DNA from: Marsupella aquatica
Lineage: Eukaryota; Plantae; Marchantiophyta
Reading direction: 5' to 3'
DNA: 64,000 nucleotides
Assembly (NCBI GenBank): GCA_973895155.1
Contig: OZ316891.1
Coordinates: 9,735,875 to 9,799,874, forward strand
Positions 35,240-48,036 of the stretch are shown here, piece by piece. Positions within the stretch are counted from its first letter, which is position 1. Each line of letters begins with the position of its first letter. The notes beneath the pieces were generated by a model that made no database searches, was not told the origin of the DNA, and saw only the letters and a program-made list of their open reading frames with translations. The position numbers and the translations under genes were made by a program.

Positions 35240-36480
35240 TTTATTTTAGAGGAAGGAGAGCCTTCATCATTGCATGAGGCAAGTGTTCTAAAGAAGAAAC
35301 AAGAGTGGACTACAACAATGTAAACAAAGATGCAATCACTAATAAAAGTACAAAAAAAAACTGTCTGGGAGCTTGTGTTAAGCAGCCTAAGGATCAACAA
35401 GTGGCAAGGAAAGTTGTGAACAAAAAGTATATTTAGAAGCTGAAGGATCAATCTGTTGAGCATAGACAACAATCACAGCGACAAGCACATGACACATCCA
35501 ACGATCAAGTAGTCAACACAGAGAGATACGTGGTTCACCATCCACGGGAACAGATAAGAGCTTTCATGCACTCTAGGCCGACCGGCCATACCAAGCATCC
35601 ACAACACAAGCTCTCCCTATCTCTCAATTGGCTACGTAACAATGAGCCTAAGTTCCACTTATCCAAACAAACACCGCTTGGCATATAGTGTGGATTCTAG
35701 TTAACCTAACCATGTCTCCGACTACGATTAGCCTAACTACAATTACATATCATAACCCTAGACCTTGAGTAAATACCTAGCACAATCCACGGGAGGTGGA
35801 GTCACTTTAGAAGAGGTGATCTTCATGAGACAACTGCTAGGTTTTGTGAAGAAAGTATAGGAGGAATTGGTTATTTTGCAAATTGCTAAGATCCTTGTTT
35901 GGGTTGAAGCAATCACCAAGACTCTGGAATAAACAGTTTGACAATTGGGTCTGTGCATAAGGTTTTCACAACAGTGTGTTTGATCCTTGTGTGTATCTGA
36001 AACCGGTGAAAAATGTTGTCTATGAATTCATTGTTCTATGAATTCATTGTTCCCGGTTCTTGTACTTTATGTGGATGACATGATTATTGTAATCAAAGAT
36101 AAATCTGAGATTGTCAAGTTCAAGGGCACTACTTAGTTTAACATGAACTAAGTAGATTCAACTAGGAAGATTTTGGGTTTGAAAATCACTAGGGACTTGG
36201 AGTTTGGTAATTAAGCTATGGTTGATGCAAAGAAGGTAATTTTTAGGTTCAATATTGGGGATAACAAGCCAATAAGTACCCATTTCGCTCTACACTTCAA
36301 GTTGTCATGAGTTTTTTGTCCCATAGATGCAACAAAGAAGTGCTAATATCAAAGGATCCTTATGATACGGGAGTGGGGAGTCTCATGTATGTAATAACTT
36401 GGACTCAACCTGATCTTTTCATGGCTATGGGGAAGGTGAGCATGTACATGTCGAATCTAGGAAAGGTGCATATATTAGAG
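35240..36480 (+). mobile_element. Degraded Ty1/Copia reverse transcriptase remnants, interrupted by unrelated sequence (~35400-35970)
   Basis: EPSS..EA....EW...M...WELV at ~35250-35378; FDPCVY and LYVDDMII at ~35980-36090; PY..GVGSLMY...TQPDL..AMGKVS.YMSN.GK.H at ~36358-36472. Confidence 0.85.
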
Positions 36481-37171
36481 AGGGGAAACCCGTCTGGTTT
36501 TCATTTAAGACTTCTCATTGAGGAATCATAAAGGTTCAGGGAAAAGTAGTGATCATGCCTACATCTAGGAGGCAACACGAGCTATGGCAGGTGATGTATA
36601 GGGGTGGAAAGGGCAAGAGCCTCCAACAAATTCCTCTCAAAAGAAGGGGCTACTTTGGGGGTTTGTTACACTTGAAGGGCCCCATCAAGTCTTTTGTACA
36701 TTATTGAAAATTAAACTAGTTATTTGAGCTGGTTACACGAAAGTAGTCCCAGCTGGACATTCCCACTACTGGTGGGAGTGCTTTTAGAGGCTCATGAATA
36801 GTGCCCTTATAAGCATTTGCCAGCTAAACTCTGTCAAAAATACAGGGAAAATCCACTGGAGTAAAAGCAAATGTGTCACCCAATTGGGATCAACTTTAAT
36901 AGTGAGAGCATCTCCAACCCTTCTGGGTTTTGGTTTGGTACATTAATCCAAGTCTAACAATGTTCCTTTATGGTTTAGGGTATGTACCTATCATGGCCAA
37001 TTGAAACTCAACCACAGCCCTTAGGACAAGAGGATAATCCTTCTGAACAGTAGAAATCTACAACTAGAAGAGTGATTGAAATCTTGAAACCCCATTCCTT
37101 GAAAGTCCTACACTCTGAAAGGGTTGGATGTGACTTTCTCCATTTTGTATCTTGGGTTTTGGCAAAGTCCT

Positions 37172-39275
37172 TTACGGTAACCAAATCCACTAGGGTTGGA
37201 GATGATTAGATGGGGTGTTCAACTCATCTTGGGGATGAGTACCCTAACTTTGCAGCCACGTAGATTTGTGAGTATTTTGTTGAGATTGGTCAATATGTAT
37301 AGCAAGCTCATCGGGGAGGATGTTCAATTTTTTGGTCTTGTAGTGATTTGTAGATGATCTAATTTATTTCTGGCTATGGCATACAAGAGTCCTGCACATG
37401 CAACTATCATGGCCACGAAGAGTAAAAGTCTATAGTAAGAATTCCAAGGAAAAGTCTATGGTAAGAAGGTACCTAAGAGTTGTCCCCATAAAGTATGGAT
37501 CCTCAATTGCCTCAATGACCAACAAAGTACCGGTTAACAAACAAAAATACAAGTCGATGGTACAAATTAAGGTACTAAGAAACTGTGTACAAAAGGTAAA
37601 GATACTCACTTGCCCTAAATACACTAGTGACACTCAAATCAACCCCTAATGTTAGTAAACTAAACCATGGGGAGAAATTAAAACAAGAGGTGTCCACATT
37701 GTTTCAAATCATTTACCTCTGTCACATGAGAAAAGATCATATCTAGCAAGTGATAAAAATTCCTTGGAATCTGCTGAATGGGTTGGATGTAGCTATATCC
37801 ACCTTGTATTTTGTCTTACTAATATTGTTTTTCAATGTGTTATCGCAAGGGACATCACTTGTATGATTTAGATTTTAAGTTTTTTGGCACCCCTCTAAAT
37901 ATTTTGTATTTTGCTATCCTAGAGCTCTCCTTTCCCAACACATTTAATTAGTTTTCAATTCAGTTAATCCACCCCTGTTGCAAATTTAATGTAACTTTTG
38001 CCAATTCTAGTGAATGAGATAGAGGAATAATACTTTAGATGTGGATAACTCTTGCTTTATTTCCTCCTGGCTTGTACTTTCAATTCCTAAGTTTATGGTC
38101 TTCATCCTGGTCATAATGTGGAATGTGCATTTATTTGACATGTGCTATACTTTTCCCACTCAATCCTATGAATACTATGCAATAGTCAGTTACAAAACAT
38201 GCTATATGGGGAGCGAAGAGCTATGAGATAGCAAACATTAAAAACAATAAAAGGTGTGCCAAAACTAAACTCAAAATCTTTATAATATAAATGATGCACC
38301 TTGCCAAGGCACATTAAAATAAAAATACATATAACATAACATAACATAAACTATTAATGAGACAAAATATCTAAAGTGAATTCAGCAATGGTCAGCATAA
38401 AAATTGGGTCAATATGCCCTACAGTAACCAAACGCACTGGGTTCGAGATGCCTGATGGAGAATTCAAAACTATCTTGGGGATCGGGTACCGTGTACTCCA
38501 GACAGTGGCTTCGTAGTCACAAGGCTTTTTTGCATTTTGTTTACTATATATCACATTGCTGAAAGGAAAGTGCCAAATGGGAGACATGATCGCACTAGCA
38601 AAAAGACCCCAGAAAAGGAAGTTGACCAAAAAATCACCTTGGCTTTACCAAAAATGATTGAGTCTTTGAAACCAACCAATGGCCTCAGCTCTGCCAAAAT
38701 TGGTGAAAGTTTAGCGTTTGAAGTGCAACCAACAACCACTGCTGAAAGAAGGCCATGAGTACCAAAATAGGGGATAGACCTATGCTCAATACAAAAGAAT
38801 TGCACAACAATCCAAAGTACCAGGTCAAAAGTAGAATGGAGAGCACCAAAAATCTCAAAAAGGAAAATGGTAAAAAAGATCCCTTAGAGTAACCAAATCC
38901 ACTAGGGTTAGAGATGCCCCGATGGAGCGTTCGAAATCATCTTGGGGATGGGTACACCTAGAGTGGACACACTGCAGTAGAGCTTCGTAGCCACAGAGCC
39001 TTTTTGCACTTCATTTACTGGCTTTTGTCAATATCTCCGTTACAGTAACAAACCCCCTAGGGTTGGAGATGCCATGATGGAGCGTTTAAAATCATCTTGG
39101 GGATCTAGTACCGTAGACTAGACACAGTAGCCTAGTAGCCTCAAAGCTTTTTTGCATTTTGTTTACTAGTTTCGTCAACATGCGGTACAGGAGAGGGTCT
39201 GATGGAGAGCTCAAAATCATCGTGGGGATCGAGTAAAGTAGACTCAAGACAGTTGCCTCGTAGCCGCATAGCTTT
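37172..39275 (+). repeat. Dispersed/tandem ~130-155-bp repeat family (copies near 37172, 38420, 38888, 39040, 39195)
   Basis: Shared core gtaaccaaa.ccactagggttggagatg....gatggag.gttc.aa.tcatcttggggat...gtac. Confidence 0.8.
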
Positions 39276-39629
39276 ATAGCCCTGCCAAATGCATCACGAA
39301 TTCAAACTGACAGCCATTTACGAAAAGTTAGTGCTTGTTTTGCGTGTTTCGCCTTTCGAGTGTATGGTTTGGATGCCGATGACGCACCTGCACTACTGTA
39401 GATCAGCAGACAAGGATTGCTACTAGTCGCGTAACAGTGTGACTCACTCATCCAAGCCGCTCAAGCTGTGATTACTTTGCATGGAGCTTTGGACGGCGAC
39501 GTGGTGAAAAATAACAGGGGTAGGCGCTGAATTTAGGGCAGCAAAGACTGTACGATGGCATGCGCCTTTGGAGGCTTTCCAACTTCTCATTCCATTGTCT
39601 TTCCATCGTCTTCCAATGCTGCGCGGACA

Positions 39630-40550
39630 TGTCTTTCGAACACAACGCCAGGGTCTTTCGAACACAACGCCAGGGTAGGTCTTTCGAACACAACGCCAGG
39701 GTATTGTGTTCAAAAGTTGAAATTTTTTAGTCTTGGCAAGAAAAAGTAGTTTTAATGCAAACACAACGTCATTTTAACACCACACCCGGGCGTTGTGTTC
39801 GAAAGTTGAAATTTTTTAGTCTTGGTAAGAAAAAGTAATTTTAACTCAAACACAACGTCATTTTAACACAATGCCCAGGCGTTGTGTTCGAAAGTTGAAA
39901 TTTTTTAATCTTGGCAAGAAAAAGTAGTTTTAACTCAAACACAACATCATTTTAACACAACGCCCAGGCATTGTGTTCGAAAGTTGAAATTTTTAAGTCT
40001 TGGCAAGAAAAAGTAGTTTTAACGCAAACACAACGTCATTTTAACACCACACCCGGGCGTTGTGTTCGAAAGTTGAAATTTTTTAGTCTTGGTAAGAAAA
40101 AGTAGTTTTAACTCAAACACAACGTCATTTTAACACAATGCCCAGGCGTTGTGTTCGAAAGTTGAAATTTTTTAATCTTGGCAAGAAAAAGTAGTTTTAA
40201 CTCAAACACAACGTCATTTTAACACAACGCCCACGCATTGTGTTCGAAAGTTGAAATTTTTAAGTCTTGGTAAGAAAAAGTAGTTTTAACTCAAACACAA
40301 CGTCATTTTAACACAACGCCCGGGCGTTGTGTTCGAAAGTTGAAATTTTTTAGTCTTTGTAAGAAAAAGTAGTTTTAACTCAAACACGACATCATTTTAA
40401 CACAATGCCCGGGCGTTGTGGTCGAAAGTTGAAATTTTTTAGTCTTGGTAAGAAAAAATAGTTTTCACTCAAACACAACGTCATTTACTACAATGCCCAG
40501 GCATTGTGTTCGAATATGGTCTTGTGTTCGAATATTGCATTGTGTTTGAA
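39630..40550. repeat. 89-bp tandem array (9 units, 39703-40503) with palindromic junctions and short flanking sub-repeats
   Basis: (g/a)ttgtgttcgaaagttgaaatttt... begins at 39703, 39792, 39881, 39970, 40059, 40148, 40237, 40326 and 40415. Three ttcgaacacaacgccagg copies precede the array. Confidence 0.95.
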
Positions 40551-43500
40551 TATTCAGGGTTGTGTTTCAGTTTTTCCTAATCTTGATAGCATTGAGCACA
40601 AAAAGTGCAAGTTCATGAATTACAATCAAAGCATAAGCAAAGTAAACAAAAAGTTTTCACATCTTGACAACAATGCTAGGAGCAATATTTCACACATATT
40701 CAATTGAAATGGCACTTGAAAACTCTACAAATAGTTACATCCATGTGCATTAGAAATCAAAGAATGATTTTCTAAGCCGTTATTTTATTTTGTCTCACCA
40801 AATTTGGCCAGGGCTGGTCTAGAAGCATTAGCCTTTCATGCCTGCTTACACCCTAAATTCTATGCCTATCATTCGTGCCCTAAATTCTATGCCTATCATT
40901 CGTGCTTATACCCTAAATTCATATTCATCACAATGCCTAAATTTGAACACAACTCCACAATTCAAACACAAGGTCACAAGGTAAAAAAAATTCAAAACAT
41001 AGTGTGTAAATTCCAACACAATGCCCTGGGCGAATATAATGCCCCATGGCCCACTATTCAAATATAGTGTCTGGGCTTTGTGTTAAGGGGAAGATGGGTA
41101 GGCATGTGCACGGAAATGTTGCAAAGCGTCGATAGAATTGATCTTGACTGAGAGTCCTTCAAGTAACATCTTCCCACCCGCTTGCCCACCCGTCAACCGA
41201 CGCGGGGCCCATCTTATCCAATGCTCGTTGGAATTTTCTCAAATGGCACCTTTTGCACCGGTTTAGAATCATTGCGGTTAGAACTTGTCTTGTACATTCT
41301 TGCGCTTGCCCATTACACACTAGGCTTGAAATGCTTTTTCGTCGTAGTCATGCATTCACACCGTCACTTCTCACACATGCAAAAGATGGATCGATTAAGG
41401 TCAATAAGAAATTCCCACCAATTGAATTGATCTTTGAAATCTGAGATACTAGAGTAGTACTCGAACCTTACCGACGAACTCCTGTCTGCTTTCTCCGATC
41501 TCTCCAGTTGCATTAATTTTGTCGGAATCAAGCTCATTCGTGCGCGCTTCTAGGTATTCACATCCATGAGCTTCTCAATCGATTGATGGTACCAGACGTG
41601 TTCTCATGAACCATCCATGTGCGCGTGCAGTGTACCGATTAAGGACAGGAATTCGGTACGTTTGTACGGTGTCTTTGAAATCTCATTCCACCAGTTTCAT
41701 CAAGAAACGCGATGTTCATTCCACCAGTTTCATCAAGAAACGCGATGTACTGTACCTAGCGTTGGTGCTTGCCAAGTTGGACTGTACAGGAGTTCTATTT
41801 TCATGTGTTCTCTTCAGCTAGGAAGCTGTGGTGGTGCCCATTGACACCGATGGTACGTAGATGCATTCAAAGAGCGAGATTCAAGCCCAGCATAAAATAG
41901 ACATGTTGAGACAAGTTGTGCAGCATTTTCGAGTGTAGGATATATAAGACTGATGAATCCTAGCCACCTCAGTTATCCTAGATGTGGTTTTCGATTTTGT
42001 TGGTGCGCATTGGCACCGGTTGGTAGGTTCAGTTATTTTCTCGTTCCATCCGAAGGAGGGCCAAGCGGAGATTCAGGCCCAGCATTAATCGGCATAAGTT
42101 GGGAGAATTTGTGCAGCATTTTCGAGTTTGAACACATGAATTCCAGCCACCTCGGTGACGAAATGTATGGTCTCGATTGTGTTGGTTTCGCGTGAGGCAT
42201 AATAAATTGGCCGATCACCCAGTCACCCTAATTGTTAGTAATCCGTGGAAGCTATGATAGCTAACGACTCTAGTACTTAAGGTCCTTTCGAACAGATCAA
42301 AACTACTTTCCGGAGTTGAAGTGAATTCTGGGAGTATGGGTATGCCTGGGGCGTTCAGTTTTTGCCCTCGTTGGGTATTTTGAGACGGATTTTTGAGAAA
42401 TGTAATTTTCAGACGGATCCCTCAAGGATCTGCGTATTCGGCGCATAATCACAGTTATCTTTAGGTCTATCTGTGGAAGTCAGAACGGGCATTGACCGGA
42501 CGCACTATGGAAATCGCTGCAACTGGAGAATCCAGGAAATCGAATTCGGGCCGGCTGGGTAGAGAGGGTATGGCCGTATGGGGGACGCGGGCCATCCAGA
42601 TGAACGAGCACGGGGAAACATACTATAATAATGATCTGCTTAGTACCAACCAAGCATTAATATTGCCCGAGGAGTACGGGTTTAGAACAGAGACAATCAT
42701 CACGTACGGTACTTAACTACTTATTGCCAAAAGTTTGCTCCTATATTGGAAAGGACTGTGTTGCGTCTTAAGATTCTACTCTAATACTCTGTGAAGTCTA
42801 GCAGGCAGGTGGCGCAGGAGCATCCGCACCATCCCATATGTCCATGAATGCAGCAATTATTGTAGCATTCTTGCCGGCGTTGTTCCTGATCTCTCTAGTG
42901 ACATCCGTCAACCTTACTCAAGAATTCAGTAGGCGCGCGCAAAGTTCTTATTATTCTCGCACTAGCTTGCTGCAAATCTTTTTAGGCATGCGCGCGCGCA
43001 AACGAATAGCAACTTGCAAATTATTTAACACAATGCTGCACGTCTGGAAATTTCGTGTTACAAATTTATCTTTAAAATCGACGAAGTCGAAGTCAACTTT
43101 AGCAAGCAGTGCAAATCAAGAAGTAGCTGGCGAATGATGAAGAAAGGTACAGCGCCTCTTCCCACATTGAGAAAATTTGAGATCCAGAAGATTAAGGAAA
43201 TTAGCTACAGGAGCAATAAGTTCATGATCCACAGTAGTCGTCAATTCAACATTACCAAACATCGAAGAATCTTCAGAATCTAGAAAAATGTCTGCTGGCG
43301 CGCAGTCGTTAGTCGTTACCTGCCAGGTGGCTAAAGGCAGAAGGTTGAGGTTGGAGTGAAAGCCGCCTTCCTAACCCACTGTCTCACTCTGTTAAAATCA
43401 TGGCAGGAGAGGCGTGGAGGAGAATTTAGGAAGGATTGTATTGGTAATAACACAAAAACTTGCCATTCTGAACGATTCGAGATTCACATGTGCGGCAGTG

Positions 43501-44279
43501 TACTGTCATTGATATGTTCTTCATTTCGTAGAAAACTTGAGATCCCGCGTCAGAACAGGACATTTGGGAAATTACAACAGTTCCATCTCTGAATGAGTGA
43601 ATGCAAGGCAGCAAGCGAGGAAGCATGTTTGCTGAGAGTATTCGCTGAGACAGCGAGAGTGAGATGTTGCAGACTTACAAGTCGATTCCCTTGTCCGACC
43701 AGGTAGCAACTCGTGATGTTTTTGGCTTTCAAGAACAGGTGAAGTAGCTGGTAGAGTCAGTGACGGAACAATGGTGGCCGTCACGTAGTGAGAGCCCTGA
43801 CGGCCTGCTGGGATTCGAAGAGCGGTAGCAGGGGAGTACTGTACGTTGGGGGAATCCCATCCCTCCCGCCTAAGTGAACGGGCCAACCACGTGCGAATTG
43901 ACCGAATGAACCTGCCACACAGCGAAACTGTGGCTACGGCAGATGTGTCGCTGTGATATGACATAATCAGCACCAACCAGACCACGGCGCTTTCTCGAAA
44001 AACAGCAGTAGGAATTGGATCGAGGAATTGCTTCGTGTTTCTTCCGGGCACAGGCTTGCTCTGTCTATTTGTACTTGTCATTTCGTCAGATTTGTCTTGG
44101 ATCTTATTTCCGGCCTGAGGCTTCACTTCTCAAAACCTTTCTTCATCGAGATCCGATTTTTTCTCTTTATTCTAGTTGTCTGATTGATCCACCCTCAGAA
44201 CAAGAGGTACGATGTGAAAGGATCATTCTGTACGTGGGCACCGAGTAGATGTTGAAAGCCTGAGAAATAGATCACCCAG

Positions 44280-47200
44280 ATGGGTGTCGAAGGTCTGTCA
44301 AGCAGGCGCATCAGCAGCTGGCGATCTGGGGAGCACGTGGTAAGTATCCTCATCTGCTGATAAGTAGGGCCGAATAACTGCGTAGTGCACAGCTGCATTG
44401 GTGTTTTCCCCGGTGGCATCGGAACCTATCAACGTTAAAATCGATGAATTGATTCTATGTGCCTGCTAGGAGGAAATCGATCCTGTGTGAAATCGCATGA
44501 TCCATGTGAACGGGTTCACACATCAGCTGAGCTCCCTTGCATAACTGCTCCGCGCATTCGCAGGTGCTGGCCACTGGACCCGCGGTTTTCATTGTTGTCC
44601 TACTGACCACCGCCACCAGCACGGCCCTGAGCGATGCCAGCCACCGTCACCTCAGAGCTCGTGGGGCCTCCTACTCCAGATCAGCCTACTCCGAATTCAA
44701 CATTGGGGCGAGACCCAACCATCTCGGCAACTTCGTAGATCACGAATTTTCTCAAGTTCGCCCCAGCCGTGAGAGCATTCAGAAGCAAACGGCTCTTCTC
44801 TGGGAGCGAACCAACGCCAGCAATAATCAATCTCGTGAAGAGTTGAGAAAGGTTTGTGATTCCCCCCTCGTCCTAAAGCTCTTATAAGGTCTATGGGTTC
44901 CTTTCATTTGACTTTATGATGATTGTTTCTCTATATCTCTCTGCACTCTCAAATGTCTTCACTTCTTCGTGCATACCTTCTTTCCGGTATCTCCTTGTAA
45001 GCAACTGTTGTGAGTATGTGAACCTTCTGGTCTTTTGGTTTGTCATTGGGTTTACTGTTTTTGAGGTCCTGCTTAGAAGTTCTTTAGTGATGTCAAGCGC
45101 TATCAAGTTTTCGAAAGTCTGACTTTAAAGCATGAGAATAACTGGTGACTATTTAAATTCTCCGTCCCAACAAATAGAAATATTGGGAGTCGTTTCTGGT
45201 TGTTGGTAAGAACTCTTTGCTAAAATTCTTGTCGTTCGGTCTCATTCAAAGACACGAGTTCAAATCAAGATTGGTCAATGTAGACTCAAAATTTCAAAGG
45301 AAGCTTATTATTCCAATATCGGATTAAGGAATTTAAGTCTATTCAATTGAATCCGATTGCCGTGATTCAATGTTCAAACTACTCTCAAGTTCGTCAGTCC
45401 CAATCTCAGGAACCTTTTGGAGTTGAGAATCAAATGAAAGGAAGCTCAGGCGATGAAATCCTCCATAGACGGTGGAAACTGATTGAGGCACTGGATGCTG
45501 AAGTGCAAAAGACCAAAAGCTTTTGATCCATCAGCCCGCAAGCGGACCCTCACCCTCTTCAGGGTGCAAAGGACAGAGTGGATGGCCCGGCCCCCATCCA
45601 CTCCCAAGGGTTGAGGGTCGATCCGAAACCATAAAAAACTGTGATCTTCCCCACAGATTTTGGAAAAAGAAGGGTCAACCCTACTCCAGGGCCAATGGAA
45701 TACAGACCTAAGGGGCTGACTATGTACTCAGACCTTCAATGACAAAGTCTCTTGGATATGACAATTCGTCATCAGACTAATGCAGGCCTTTTAATTTATT
45801 GATGTGCACGGGTTTAAATGTGTAAGTTTGTTCTGTTGCTTACGTCTGTGCAGGATCAGAAGTTGGACTACTACTACCAGAGGGTATTCTATGTAAGAGA
45901 TAATGGTGCAGATCCTACGGGTGTCCAGGACAGCACAGCTGCGATTCAGAAGACCGTTAACGAGGCATTCGAGGTTGTAGATACGCAGAGTCTTGGACCA
46001 GATATTCGTGATCTTGGGGGAGTGGAGATTCATCTGGAGGGTGGTGATTATCTTATAAGTGAATCGATCCAATTCTCGTTACTCGGTGGTGGCAACCTGA
46101 GGGTACGCATGTTTGTCTCTTGCTATCATTTTCTGCAAGAGAGCTGTGCATTGTTTACCATATTTACAATGGTAGTCATAGATCTGTCTCCAAGAAATTC
46201 CTTTCTTTGAGCTCTGAGGGATGAATGATTGGATTAAGGACCACAGATCTCTAATCGCTACGTGTCAGAAGTAAGAAAAAGGAACATACCACTCAACCCG
46301 GCCAGGCAAACTAAGTCCTGAGGGAAAATATTGCCAAGAGTATCGTTGCTGGACTGAATTAGAGGGACTTCAAAATCAACTAGAAAAGAGATACGAGATC
46401 ACATCAAGAGACATCTAAACTGTGATCTGTCAGAACAAGCGGAGTGTTTCCTCTGTGTTGTGGATTATGATGCATTTATGAAACCCCACATTGTAGCATC
46501 GCTCTATCAGAAATGAGGTACACTTTTGAACGAACCTGGTAGACTCCGTCAAGGCTAGTCTTCCATATCGAGAGCAAAATTTGAATGGGTGTTGCACTGG
46601 CAGCACTCTGTTCACTTCCCCTGTCGTTCGTAAGATTGTCGATTGTGAATGTCACCGAGAAATGCTTGTGTGCAACTAACAACCCTCTGTTAGTTTATCT
46701 ACTGGCTCGCATGGAAAGCATGTACTGACTAGTCAATAACTTTGAAAGTCGTTGCCGATGTGAACCCATCGATCGAGAAATTAGGCCGAGCTCTAGTGCT
46801 TTGTCAGTTAGGTGGTGGGTGAAGGCGTCTTTACCTCCATGGTACTTGCAGGCTGGCTCCACTGAACACTCCAAATCTGGCGATATACATGTGGATGATC
46901 AACATTTTTGTCTCAGTTTTGTGCAGATTCATGGAGGCACTATTCGAGCTTCGGATGATTTTCCCGAGGACCGTTATCTTCTCGAATTATGGTCCACAGA
47001 AGGCCGCGAACGAAGATCCAATAGGACAATAGCATCACTTCGTGACAGGAAGCATCTTTCAATGGGCTGCCTGACGGAGTATTTCGTCTCCTACGAGGAC
47101 ATCACTCTCAGGGACTTGATGCTGGACTCCAACTTCAGAGGTGGGGGCCTTCTGCTCGTAGACGCAGTCCGAATCACTGTGGACAACCTTTACTTCTCTC

Positions 47201-48036
47201 AATTCTCAACTGATGGAATTCTCGTGGAAGGCAGCCACGAAGTGTACATCCAGAACTCCTTTTTGGGGCAATTCATCACCGCAAAAGCGGACTCTCGCGA
47301 CAAGGACTTCAGCGGGGTGGCAATCAACCTCATCGGTACTGGTAATGTCGTCTCAAATGTGGTGATATTCTCTGGCAATGTGGGTGTACAGATCAGCGGC
47401 AAAGGAAATCTTATGACAGGGGTCCATGCATATAACAAGGCAGCTATCCATGGTGGAATAGGAATTTACTTGCAAAAGCCAGGGTATACCCAAACGCGTA
47501 TCCTCAATTCTTACCTGGACCACACAGGAATTTTGGCTGATGATCCTGCCCAGCTAGACATCTCTCACAACTATTTCTATGGAGATGCAAACGTGGTCTT
47601 GAGGGCCACCGAGGACGGGCACTCAGTAGCAGAGGTGATGATACTGAACAACATGTTTGCAGGCTCGTGGAAGGGTATCCCCATTGTTGAGATTGATGAA
47701 AAACTGGGCACCTTTGCGTTCGTGGAACGGACCAGGGTGGATCAAAACACCGCTTATGGGATGAATATGAAGTCCACCGTGGCCCAAGCCACGATCAGTG
47801 GTTACGGGAAAAAGTTCACGGCCGATTTGTCCGAGAGATTGATCTTTCGTAATCTCATTCAGAGTGTACAGTACTCTTTATACGTGCCTGCGACCAACCA
47901 CTTCACCAGGCATGTCATAAGATCCGTGGGCGACAAGAGAGTGACAATTGAAGCCGAAACTAAAATCACAGGCACGATTAATATCTTGGTGGACCAAAGC
48001 GTTGACTTCATCTACTCAAGCACAGTCTCGTCTTGA
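44280..48036 (+). CDS. QRT3: QRT3-like polygalacturonase / Pectate_lyase_3 beta-helix protein (4 exons)
   Basis: Exons ~44280-44339, 44564-44851, 45854-46102 and 46927-48036. Motifs GADPTGVQDSTAAI, DLGGVEIHLEGGDYLIS, IHGGTIRASDDFP, YEDITLRDLMLDSNFRGGG, GVHAYNKA and TQTRILNSYLD are characteristic of QRT3. Hydrophobic N-terminal segment. The first exon is less certain. Confidence 0.88.

Noticed and set aside
39703-40503. CRISPR-like array (palindromic repeats at regular spacing)
   Set aside because: The sequences between palindromes are near-identical rather than unique spacers, there are no cas genes, and the context is eukaryotic. It is a tandem repeat.
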